DNA of 61,028 nt from Nemertoderma westbladi (lineage: Eukaryota; Animalia; Xenacoelomorpha), in NCBI GenBank assembly GCA_032718475.1, contig JAUCBJ010006294.1, positions 1 to 61,028 of the forward strand. The letters run 5' to 3'. Below, piece by piece: positions 25,685 through 38,000 of this stretch (the first letter of the stretch is position 1; every line of letters begins with the position of its first letter). Below the pieces are notes generated by a model. It saw only the letters and a program-made list of their open reading frames with translations, was not told where the DNA came from and made no database searches. The translations under genes and the position numbers were made by a program.

Positions 25685-28600
25685 GGTAGTTCTACTTACA
25701 ACGTGGGTTAGGGGTCGGTCTACTACCGGTCGGGTAGTTCTACTTACAACGTGGGTTAGGGGTCGGTCTACTACCGGTCGGGTAGTTCTACTTATAACGT
25801 GGGTTAGGGGTCGGTCTACTACCGGTCGGGTAGTTCTACTGACAACGTGGGTTAGGGGTCGGTCTACTACCGGTCGGGTAGTTCTACTTACAACGTGGGT
25901 TAGAGGTCGGTCTACTACCGGTCGGGGTAGTTCTACTGACAACGTGGGTTAGGGGTCGGTCTACTACCGGTCGGGTAGTTCTACTTACAACGTGGGTTAG
26001 GGGTCGGTCTACTACCGGTCGGGTAGTTCTACTTACAACGTGGGTTAGGGGTCGGTCTACTACCGGTCGGGGTAGTTCTACTTACAACGTGGGTTAGGGG
26101 TCGGTCTACTACCGGTCGGGGTAGTTCTACTGACAACGTGGGTTAGAGGTCGGTCTACTACCGGTCGGGTAGTTCTACTTACAACGTGGGTTAGGGGTCG
26201 GTCTACTACCGGTCGGGTAGTTCTACTTACAACGTGGGTTGGGGTCGGTCTACTACCGGTCGGGTAGTTCTACTTACAACGTGGGTTAGGGGTCGGTCTA
26301 CTACCGGTCGGGTAGTTCTACTTACAACGTGGGTTGGGGTCGGTCTACTACCGGTCGGGTAGTTCTACTTACAACGTGGGTTAGGGGTCGGTCTACTACC
26401 GGTCGGGTAGTTCTACTTACAACGTGGGTTAGGGGTCGGTCTACTACCGGTCGGGTAGTTCTACTTACAACGTGGGTTAGGGGTCGGTCTACTACCGGTC
26501 GGGTAGTTCTACTTACAACGTGGGTTAGGGGTCGGTCTACTACCGGTCGGGTAGTTCTACTTACAACGTGGGTTAGGGGTCGGTCTACTACCGGTCGGGT
26601 AGTTCTACTTACAACGTGGGTTAGGGGTCGGTCTACTACCGGTCGGGTAGTTCTACTTACAACGTGGGTTAGGGGTCGGTCTACTACCGGTCGGGTAGTT
26701 CTACTTACAACGTGGGTTAGGGGTCGGTCTACTACCGGTCGGGTAGTTCTACTTACAACGTGGGTTAGGGGTCGGTCTACTACCGGTCGGGTAGTTCTAC
26801 TTACAACGTGGGTTAGGGGTCGGTCTACTACCGGTCGGGTAGTTCTACTTACAACGTGGGTTAGGGGTCGGTCTACTACCGGTCGGGTAGTTCTACTTAC
26901 AACGTGGGTTAGGGGTCGGTCTACTGCCGGTCGGGTAGTTCTACTTACAACGTGGGTTAGGGGTCGGTCTACTACCGGTCGGGTAGTTCTACTTACAACG
27001 TGGGTTAGGGGTCGGTCTACTACCGGTCGGGTAGTTCTACTTACAACGTGGGTTAGGGGTCGGTCTACTACCGGTCGGGGTAGTTCTACTTACAACGTGG
27101 GTTAGGGGTCGGTCTACTACAGGTCGGGTAGTTCTACTTACAACGTGGGTTAGGGGTCGGTCTACTACCGGTCGGGTAGTTCTACTTACAACGTGGGTTA
27201 GGGGTCGGTCTACTACCGGTCGGGGTAGTTCTACTTACAACGTGGGTTAGGGGTCGGTCTACTACCGGTCGGGGTAGTTCTACTGACAACGTGGGTTAGA
27301 GGTCGGTCTACTACCGGTCGGGTAGTTCTACTTACAACGTGGGTTAGGGGTCGGTCTACTACCGGTCGGGGTAGTTCTACTGACAACGTGGGTTAGGGGT
27401 CGGTCTACTACCGGTCGGGTAGTTCTACTTACAACGTGGGTTGGGGTCGGTCTACTACCGGTCGGGTAGTTCTACTTACAACGTGGGTTAGGGGTCGGTC
27501 TACTACCGGTCGGGTAGTTCTACTGACAACGTGGGTTAGAGGTCGGTCTACTACCGGTCGGGTAGTTCTACTTACAACGTGGGTTAGGGGTCGGTCTACT
27601 ACCGGTCGGGGTAGTTCTACTGACAACGTGGGTTAGGGGTCGGTCTACTACCGGTCGGGTAGTTCTACTTACAACGTGGGTTGGGGTCGGTCTACTACCG
27701 GTCGGGTAGTTCTACTTACAACGTGGGTTAGGGGTCGGTCTACTACCGGTCGGGTAGTTCTACTGACAACGTGGGTTAGGGGTCGGTCTACTACCGGTCG
27801 GGTAGTTCTACTTACAACGTGGGTTGGGGTCGGTCTACTACCGGTCGGGTAGTTCTACTTACAACGTGGGTTAGGGGTCGGTCTACTACCGGTCGGGTAG
27901 TTCTACTTACAACGTGGGTTAGGGGTCGGTCTACTACCGGTCGGGTAGTTCTACTTACAACGTGGGTTAGGGGTCGGTCTACTACCGGTCGGGGTAGTTC
28001 TACTGACAACGTGGGTTAGAGGTCGGTCTACTACCGGTCGGGTAGTTCTACTTACAACGTGGGTTAGGGGTCGGTCTACTACCGGTCGGGGTAGTTCTAC
28101 TGACAACGTGGGTTAGGGGTCGGTCTACTACCGGTCGGGTAGTTCTACTTACAACGTGGGTTGGGGTCGGTCTACTACCGGTCGGGTAGTTCTACTTACA
28201 ACGTGGGTTAGGGGTCGGTCTACTACCGGTCGGGTAGTTCTACTTACAACGTGGGTTAGGGGTCGGTCTACTACCGGTCGGGGTAGTTCTACTTACAACG
28301 TGGGTTAGGGGTCGGTCTACTACAGGTCGGGGTAGTTCTACTTACAACGTGGGTTAGGGGTCGGTCTACTACCGGTCGGGTAGTTCTACTTACAACGTGG
28401 GTTAGGGGTCGGTCTACTACCGGTCGGGGTAGTTCTACTTACAACGTGGGTTAGGGGTCGGTCTACTACAGGTCGGGGTAGTTCTACTTACAACGTGGGT
28501 TAGGGGTCGGTCTACTACCGGTCGGGTAGTTCTACTTACAACGTGGGTTAGGGGTCGGTCTACTACCGGTCGGGTAGGACGACTTACAACGTGGGTTAGG

Positions 28601-30225
28601 GGTCGGTCTACTACCGGTCGGGGTAGTTCTACTGACAACGTGGGTTAGAGGTCGGTCTACTACCGGTCGGGTAGGACGACTTACAACGTGGGTTAGGGGT
28701 CGGTCTACTACCGGTCGGGTAGGACGACTTACAACGTGGGTTAGGGGTCGGTCTACTACCGGTCGGGTAGGACGACTTACAACGTGGGTTAGGGGTCGGT
28801 CTACTACCGGTCGGGTAGTTCTACTTACAACGTGGGTTAGGGGTCGGTCTACTACCGGTCGGGTAGGACGACTTACAACGTGGGTTAGGGGTCGGTCTAC
28901 TACCGGTCGGGTAGTTCTACTTACAACGTGGGTTAGGGGTCGGTCTACTACCGGTCGGGTAGTTCTACTTACAACGTGGGTTAGGGGTCGGTCTACTACC
29001 GGTCGGGTAGTTCTACTTACAACGTGGGTTAGGGGTCGGTCTACTACCGGTCGGGTAGGACGACTTACAACGTGGGTTAGGGGTCGGTCTACTACCGGTC
29101 GGGGTAGTTCTACTGACAACGTGGGTTAGAGGTCGGTCTACTACCGGTCGGGTAGGACGACTTACAACGTGGGTTAGGGGTCGGTCTACTACCGGTCGGG
29201 TAGGACGACTTACAACGTGGGTTAGGGGTCGGTCTACTACCGGTCGGGTAGGACGACTTACAACGTGGGTTAGGGGTCGGTCTACTACCGGTCGGGTAGT
29301 TCTACTTACAACGTGGGTTAGGGGTCGGTCTACTACCGGTCGGGTAGGACGACTTACAACGTGGGTTAGGGGTCGGTCTACTACCGGTCGGGTAGTTCTA
29401 CTTACAACGTGGGTTAGGGGTCGGTCTACTACCGGTCGGGTAGTTCTACTTACAACGTGGGTTAGGGGTCGGTCTACTACCGGTCGGGTAGTTCTACTTA
29501 CAACGTGGGTTGGGGTCGGTCTACTACCGGTCGGGGTAGTTCTACTTACAACGTGGGTTAGGGGTCGGTCTACTACCGGTCGGGTAGTTCTACTGACAAC
29601 GTGGGTTAGGGGTCGGTCTACTACCGGTCGGGTAGTTCTACTTACAACGTGGGTTAGGGGTCGGTCTACTACCGGTCGGGTAGGACGACTTACAACGTGG
29701 GTTAGGGGTCGGTCTACTACCGGTCGGGTAGTTCTACTGACAACGTGGGTTAGGGGTCGGTCTACTACAGGTCGGGGTAGTTCTACTTACAACGTGGGTT
29801 AGGGGTCGGTCTACTACCGGTCGGGTAGGACGACTTACAACGTGGGTTAGGGGTCGGTCTACTACCGGTCGGGGTAGTTCTACTGACAACGTGGGTTAGA
29901 GGTCGGTCTACTACCGGTCGGGTAGGACGACTTACAACGTGGGTTAGGGGTCGGTCTACTACCGGTCGGGTAGGACGACTTACAACGTGGGTTAGGGGTC
30001 GGTCTACTACCGGTCGGGTAGGACGACTTACAACGTGGGTTAGGGGTCGGTCTACTACCGGTCGGGTAGTTCTACTTACAACGTGGGTTAGGGGTCGGTC
30101 TACTACCGGTCGGGTAGGACGACTTACAACGTGGGTTAGGGGTCGGTCTACTACCGGTCGGGTAGTTCTACTTACAACGTGGGTTAGGGGTCGGTCTACT
30201 ACCGGTCGGGTAGGACGACTTACAA
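25685..30225 (-). repeat. Tandem array, 48-bp unit x ~94, starting at the splice donor and filling the intron
   Basis: Minus-strand unit GTAAGT(CGTC/AGAA)CTACCCGACCGGTAGTAGACCGACCCCTAACCCACGTT. The first GTAAGT is the donor at 30223. Confidence 0.97.
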
Positions 30226-30481
30226 TTATCCTCTGGATTTAATACACCGGGGTTCCACATCAAAGTTTCGTATTCCGTAGATTCGGAGGCCCCATGGTTA
30301 CCATCTTCAGACAGCTCCCCTGGTTCCGAGGATTCCATCGGATCTTCCGATTCCAACACAGACCGCCCAGCACTGTCGACCCGGGATAGACACCTATCCG
30401 ACACTTCAGCCTGGAATGTCGGTCCCACGTTAATTTTGGGTTGAATTATTTCTTCGTCGGAAATACTTCCAGTGGAAGAAC
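30224..30481 (-). CDS. TRERF1: TRERF1-like exon: ELM2 N-terminal half
   Basis: tttctaag|GT ... AAT T|GTAAGT, phase 1-1. QPKINVGPTFQAEV and ETLMWNP are ELM2 motifs. Confidence 0.92.
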
Positions 30482-30937
30482 CTTAGAAACAAAAGTATAA
30501 CCACATCTTTAGAGATAAAATAAAATACTAGTGTGTTCACCATTCAGATAACAATAGGAATTATTAAAAGTATGTTGAAAAATTATGTAACAAATGAGGA
30601 TGCCCTCCAGAAAATTGTTTTCAAACATCCTTAACTTGTAAGCTTGGTTGTTTTTAAAGTTGTACGGCAACTTGATTTATCAGATAGGGAGAGGAGGCTT
30701 ACGATTTAATAAAAATTAGTTACTCTCCAAGGGAAATTCGACGCAAATAACGGCTGATTTCTCTAAAAATATGACAGTAACCTACAGGCCCTACTATTGA
30801 CTTAGTATATTGTTTTGGTTACAATAACGTGCCCCTGTAACATGGTCCTTTCCTTTAATTCATAAATTAGGGTTGCCTTGAGACGAGATATTAATTCGCC
30901 GAGATGGTATTCCCCCTGTCTATTCTACAGGAAGATG

Positions 30938-31435
30938 TTATTCTACATGACAGGTCAGAAAAATATTATTTTTTGCTATTTAATATTAGTTCATACTAGT
31001 TAACAATACAAAAACCTTGGTTGCGCATAAAACCCTAAAGCTTTTTTTTACAGTTTTGAATCTAATCACATGAAAGTTTTTATATATGATAGATCAAAGA
31101 TGGGGAAACATAAATACACAAATTCATGCTAAATTTTTAGGTTTGTTATAAATAGTATTAAATTTTATTAATACAAAATTTCATAATGTTATCTGATATT
31201 TTTTGCAGGGTGGCTATGTAGACACCCACATAAATTGTCAGACTAATTGTTCAAAAATTGTAGAAGTAGTAGGGTTTTGAAGTTGACAATTTCATAAAAA
31301 AAATATTTGGAGATAATCGACCTTTCATTATACATAGTAATAGTAATTTCAATAGGATTCCCTAAATGGAAATTGTTATAACTTGAAAACTAAAAGAGCT
31401 ATTAAATAGCGGTTTTTAGATTTGGAAACACCATT
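30938..31435. repeat. Dispersed repeat A, uninterrupted copy (intronic)
   Basis: Colinear with 1485-1510, 1797-2170 and 3653-3722. Confidence 0.8.
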
Positions 31436-31441
31436 AATTAA

Positions 31442-31558
31442 TCGTGCACCACCACCACCACCATCGTGCACCTGCGTGCACCACTGTCTGCACCAGTGTC
31501 TGTACCACTGTCTGCACCAGGTGTCTGCACCACTGTCTGCTCTGCACCACTGTCTGCT
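31442..31558. repeat. Low-complexity short tandem repeat (caccactgtctg-like)
   Basis: Several ~12-bp units plus an (acc)n run. Confidence 0.75.
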
Positions 31559-31750
31559 TAACGTCTACACCCAATGGAGGGAGATATTAGGATTAGCTTA
31601 AAGACAGCTCTTCGATATAAATGCAAAGCCGCAATGACACCTATAATAGCTGGAAGACAAAAAGGACAAAAAACAAATACCGACAGAAATAAAGTAAAGG
31701 CAACTAACTGTTTATTACATTACAAAATACATGGGGATACTAACGTTTAC

Positions 31751-31964
31751 TACCAAAACGGAAACGACCGGGACTTGCTGCAGCCCGCGGGGTCCCTGGA
31801 TCGGTTGATTGGCGGAAATGGTGGAGGTATAGGCCGGGTCCGTTCCGGGCGGGGCTCAGCATTGGTGGGGGCGTATAGGGGGGACTGGAGCCGGGGAACC
31901 GGGGCGAACGAAGGTGCGAGATATACCGAGGGAGGCAGGCTGAGTACGGCGTCGATGTATTCAC
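31751..31964 (-). CDS. TRERF1: TRERF1-like exon with conserved YxSHLRSP...PYTPPPMLSP.R.G.GL motif
   Basis: ctgtag|GTG, phase 0. RYISHLRSPRFPGSSPPYTPPPMLSPARNGPGLY. Two possible phase-1 donors (exon end 31754 or 31751). Confidence 0.9.
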
Positions 31965-32020
31965 CTACAGGACAAATGTTATTGAGATAAATATGGAAGA
32001 AATATATCCAAAATATTTAC

Positions 32021-35000
32021 CTTCGTTGGGTATATTTAGTGGCTCCGGTATGTGGCGTTCTCTAAACTTACTTCGTTGGGTATATTTAGTGGCTCCGGTA
32101 TGTGGCGTTCTCTAAACTTACTTCGTTGGGTATATTTAGTGGCTCCGGTATGTGGCGTTCTCTAAACTTACTTCGTTGGGTATATTTAGTGGCTCCGGTA
32201 TGTGGCGTTCTCTAAACTTACTTCGTTGGGTATATTTAGTGGCTCCGGTATGTGGCGTTCTCTAAACTTACTTCGTTGGGTATATTTAGTGGCTCCGGTA
32301 TGTGGCGTTCTCTAAACTTACTTCGTTGGGTATATTTAGTGGCTCCGGTATGTGGCGTTCTCTAAACTTACTTCGTTGGGTATATTTAGTGGCTCCGGTA
32401 TGTGGCGTTCTCTAAACTTACTTCGTTGGGTATATTTAGTGGCTCCGGTATGTGGCGTTCTCTAAACTTACTTCGTTGGGTATATTTCGTGGCTCCGGTA
32501 TGTGGCGTTCTCTACACTTACTTCGTTGGGTATATTTAGTGGCTCCGGTATGTGGCGTTCTCTAAACTTACTTCGTTGGGTATATTTAGTGGCTCCGGTA
32601 TGTGGCGTTCTCTAAACTTTCTTCGTTGGGGTTATTTAGTGGCTCCGGTATGTGGCGTTCTCTAAACTTACTTCGTTGGGTATATTTAGTGGCTCCGGTA
32701 TGTGGCGTTCTCTAAACTTACTTCGTTGGGTATATTTAGTGGCTCCGGTATGTGGCGTTCTCTAAACTTACTTCGTTGGGTATATTTAGTGGCTCCGGTA
32801 TGTGGCGTTCTCTAAACTTACTTCGTTGGGTATATTTAGTGGCTCCGGTATGTGGCGTTCTCTAAACTTACTTCGTTGGGTATATTTAGTGGCTCCGGTA
32901 TGTGGCGCTCTCTCAACTTACTTCATTGGGTATATTTAGTGGCTCCGGTATGTGGCGTTCTCTAAACTTACTTCGTTGGGTATATTTAGTGGCTCCGGTA
33001 TGTGGCGTTCGCTAAACTTACTTCGTTGGGTATATTTAGTGGCTCCGGTATGTGGCGTTCTCTAAACTTACTTCTTGGGTATATTTAGTGGCTCGGTATG
33101 TGGCGTTCTCTAAACTTACTTCGTTGGGTATATTTAGTGGCTCCGGTATGTGGCGTTCTCTAAACTTACTTCGTTGGGTATATTTAGTGGCTCCGGTATG
33201 TGGCGTTCTCTAAACTTACTTCGTTGGGTATATTTAGTGGCTCCGGTATGTGGCGTTCTCTAAACTTACTTCATTGGGTATATTTAGTGGCTCGGTATGT
33301 GGCGTTCTCTAAACTTACTTCGTTGGGTATATTTAGTGGCTCAGGTATGTGGCGTTCTCTAAACATACTTCGTTGGGGTTATTTAGTGGCTCCGGTATGT
33401 GGCATTCTCTAAACTTACTTCGTTAGGTATATTTAGTGGCTCCGGTATGTGGCGTTCTCTAAACTTACTTTGTTGGGTATATTTAGTGGCTCGGTATGTG
33501 GCGTTCTCTAAACTTACTTCGTTGGGTATATTTAGTGGCTCAGGTATGTGGCGTTCTCTAAACTTACTTCGTTGGGGTTATTTAGTGGCTCCGGTATGTG
33601 GCGTTCTCTAAACTTACTTCGTTGGGTATATTTAGTGGCTCCGGTATGTGGCATTCTCTAAACTTACTTCGTTAGGTATATTTAGTGGCTCCGGTATGTG
33701 GCGTTCTCTAAACTTACTTCGTTGGGTATATTTAGTGGCTCAGGTATGTGGCGTTCTCTAAACTTACTTCGTTGGGGTTATTTAGTGGCTCCGGTATGTG
33801 GCATTCTCTAAACTTACTTCGTTAGGTATATTTAGTGGCTCCGGTATGTGGCGTTCTCTAAACTTACTTCGTTGGGGTTATTTAGTGGCTCAGGTATGTG
33901 GCGTTCTCTAAACTTACTTCGTTGGGGTTATTTAGTGGCTCCGGTATGTGGCATTCTCTAAACTTACTTCGTTAGGTATATTTAGTGGCTCCGGTATGTG
34001 GCGTTCTCTAAACTTACTTCGTTGGGTATATTTAGTGGCTCCGGTATGTGGCGTTCTCTAAACTTACTTCGTTGGGGTTATTTAGTGGCTCAGGTATGTG
34101 GCGTTCTCTAAACTTACTTCGTTGGGGTTATTTAGTGGCTCCGGTATGTGGCATTCTCTAAACTTACTTCGTTAGGTATATTTAGTGGCTCCGGTATGTG
34201 GCGTTCTCTAAACTTACTTCGTTGGGGTTATTTAGTGGCTCCGGTATGTGGCGTTCTCTAAACTTACTTCGTTGGGGTTATTTAGTGGCTCCGGTATGTG
34301 GCGTTCTCTAAACTTACTTCGTTGGGTATATTTAGTGGCTCCGGTATGTGGCATTCTCTAAACTTACTTCGTTGGGTATATTTAGTGGCTCCGGTATGTG
34401 GCGTTCTCTAAACTTAGTCCTTTAGGTATATTTAGTGGCTCCGGTATGTGGCGCTCTCTAAACTTACTTCGTTGGGTATATTTAGTGGCTCCGGTATGTG
34501 GCGTTCTCTAAACTTACTTCGTTGGGTATATTTAGTGGCTCCGGTATGTGGCGTTCTCTAAACTTACTTCGTTAGGTATATTTAGTGGCTCCGGTATGTG
34601 GCGTTCTCTAAACTTACTTCGTTGGGGTTATTTAGTGGCTCAGGTATGTGGCGTTCTCTAAACTTACTTCGTAGGGTATATTTAGTGGCTCCGGTATGTG
34701 GCGTTCTCTAAACTTTCTTCGTTGGGTATATTTAGTGGCTCCGGTATGTGGCGTTCTCTAAACTTACTTCGTTGGGTATATTTAGTGGCTCCGGTATGTG
34801 GCGTTCTCTAACTTACTTCGTTAGGTATATTTAGTGGCTCCGGTATGTGGCGTTCTCTAAACTTACTTCGTTGGGGTTATTTAGTGGCTCCGGTATGTGG
34901 CATTCTCTAAACTTACTTCGTTAGGTATATTTAGTGGCTCCGGTATGTGGCGTTCTCTAAACTTACTTCGTTGGGGTTATTTAGTGGCTCCGGTATGTGG

Positions 35001-38000
35001 CATTCTCTAAACTTACTTCGTTAGGTATATTTAGTGGCTCCGGTATGTGGCGTTCTCTAAACTTACTTCGTTGGGGTTATTTAGTGGCTCAGGTATGTGG
35101 CGTTCTCTAAACTTACTTCGTTGGGGTTATTTAGTGGCTCCGGTATGTGGCATTCTCTAAACTTACTTCGTTAGGTATATTTAGTGGCTCCGGTATGTGG
35201 CGTTCTCTAAACTTACTTCGTTGGGTATATTTAGTGGCTCCGGTATGTGGCGTTCTCTAAACTTACTTCGTTGGGTATATTTAGTGGCTCCGGTATGTGG
35301 CGTTCTCTAAACTTACTTCGTTGGGGTTATTTAGTGGCTCCGGTATGTGGCGTTCTCTAAACTTACTTCGTTGGGTATATTTAGTGGCTCCGGTATGTGG
35401 CGTTCTCTAAACTTACTTCGTTGGGGTTATTTAGTGGCTCCGGTATGTGGCATTCTCTAAACTTACTTCGTTAGGTATATTTAGTGGCTCCGGTATGTGG
35501 CGTTCTCTAAACTTACTTCGTTGGGGTTATTTAGTGGCTCAGGTATGTGGCGTTCTCTAAACTTACTTCGTTGGGGTTATTTAGTGGCTCCGGTATGTGG
35601 CATTCTCTAAACTTACTTCGTTAGGTATATTTAGTGGCTCCGGTATGTGGCGTTCTCTAAACTTACTTCGTTGGGGTTATTTAGTGGCTCCGGTATGTGG
35701 CGTTCTCTAAACTTACTTCGTTGGGTATATTTCGTGGCTCCGGTATGTGGCGTTCTCTAAACTTACTTCGTTGGGTATATTTAGTGGCTCCGGTATGTGG
35801 CATTCTCTAAACTTACTTCGTTAGGTATATTTAGTGGCTCCGGTATGTGGCGTTCTCTAAACTTACTTCGTTGGGGTTATTTAGTGGCTCCGGTATGTGG
35901 CGTTCTCTAAACTTACTTCGTTGGGGTTATTTAGTGGCTCCGGTATGTGGCGTTCTCTAAACTTACTTCGTTGGGTATATTTAGTGGCTCCGGTATGTGG
36001 CATTCTCTAAACTTACTTCGTTGGGTATATTTAGTGGCTCCGGTATGTGGCGTTCTCTAAACTTAGTCCTTTAGGTATATTTAGTGGCTCCGGTATGTGG
36101 CGCTCTCTAAACTTACTTCGTTGGGTATATTTAGTGGCTCCGGTATGTGGCGTTCTCTAACTTACTTCGTTGGGTATATTTAGTGGCTCCGGTATGTGGC
36201 GTTCTCTAAACTTACTTCGTTGGGTATATTTAGTGGCTCCGGTATGTGGCTTTCTCTAAACTTACTTCGTTGGGTATATTTAGTGGCTCCGGTATGTGGC
36301 GCTCTCTCAACTTACTTCATTGGGTATATTTAGTGGCTCCGGTATGTGGCGTTCTCTAAACTTACTTCGTTGGGTATATTTAGTGGCTCCGGTATGTGGC
36401 GTTCTCTAAACTTACTTCGTTGGGTATATTTAGTGGCTCCGGTATGTGGCTTTCTCTAAACTTACTTCGTTGGGTATATTTAGTGGCTCCGGTATGTGGC
36501 GCTCTCTCAACTTACTTCGTTGGGTATATTTAGTGGCTCCGGTATGTGGCTTTCTCTAAACTTACTTCGTTGGGTATATTTAGTGGCTCCGGTATGTGGC
36601 GTTCTCTAAACTTACTTCGTTGGGTATATTTAGTGGCTCCGGTATGTGGCGTTCTCTAAACTTACTTCGTTGGGTATATTTAGTGGCTCCGGTATGTGGC
36701 GTTCTCTAAACTTAGTCCTTTAGGTATATTTAGTGGCTCCGGTATGTGGCGCTCTCTAAACTTACTTCGTTGGGTATATTTAGTGGCTCCGGTATGTGGC
36801 GTTCTCTAAACTTACTTCGTTGGGTATATTTAGTGGCTCCGGTATGTGGCGTTCTCTAAACTTACTTCGTTGGGTATATTTAGTGGCCCCGGTATGTGGC
36901 GTTCTCTAAACTTACTTCGTTGGGTATATTTAGTGGCTCGGTATGTGGCGTTCTCTAAACTTACTTCGTTGGGTATATTTAGTGGCTCCGGTATGTGGCG
37001 TTCTCTAAACTTACTTCATTGGGTATATTTAGTGGCTCCGGTATGTGGCGCTCTCTAAACTTACTTCGTTGGGTATATTTAGTGGCTCCGGTATGTGGCG
37101 TTCTCTAAACTTACTTCGTTGGGTATATTTAGTGGCTCCGGTATGTGGCGTTCTCTAAACTTACTTCGTTGGGTATATTTAGTGGCTCCGGTATGTGGCG
37201 TTCTCTAAACTTACTTCGTTGGGTATATTTAGTGGCTCCGGTATGTGGCGTTCTCTAAACTTACTTCGTTGGGTATATTTAGTGGCTCCGGTATGTGGCG
37301 TTCTCTAAACTTACTTCGTTGGGTATATTTAGTGGCTCCGGTATGTGGCGTTCTCTAATCTTACTTCGTTGGGTATATTTAGTGGCTCCGGTATGTGGCG
37401 CTCTCTCAACTTACTTCATTGGGTATATTTAGTGGCTCCGGTATGTGGCGTTCTCTAAACTTACTTCGTTGGGTATATTTAGTGGCTCCGGTATGTGGCG
37501 TTCTCTAAACTTACTTCGTTGGGTATATTTAGTGGCTCCGGTATGTGGCGTTCTCTAAACTTACTTCGTTGGGTATATTTAGTGGCTCCGGTATGTGGCG
37601 TTCTCTAATCTTACTTCGTTGGGTATATTTAGTGGCTCCGGTATGAGGCGTTCTCTAAACTTACTTCGTTAGGTATATTTAGTGGCTCCGGTATGTGGCG
37701 TTCTCTAACTTACTTCGTTGGGTATATTTAGTGGCTCCGGTATGTGGCGTTCTCTAAACTTACTTCGTTGGGTATATTTAGTGGCTCCGGTATGTGGCGC
37801 TCTCTCAACTTACTTCATTGGGTATATTTAGTGGCTCCGGTATGTGGCGTTCTCTAAACTTACTTCGTTGGGTATATTTAGTGGCTCCGGTATGTGGCTT
37901 TCTCTAAACTTACTTCGTTGGGTATATTTAGTGGCTCCGGTATGTGGCGCTCTCTCAACTTACTTCATTGGGTATATTTAGTGGCTCCGGTATGTGGCGT

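Noticed and set aside
25664-29119. ORFs of up to 258 aa in the 48-bp array
   Set aside because: By-products of a 48-bp unit lacking stops in some frames; they lie within an intron and are broken by 49-bp variants.
25685-30225. Interstitial telomere (TTAGGG)
   Set aside because: Only one TTAGGG per 48-bp unit, never in tandem.
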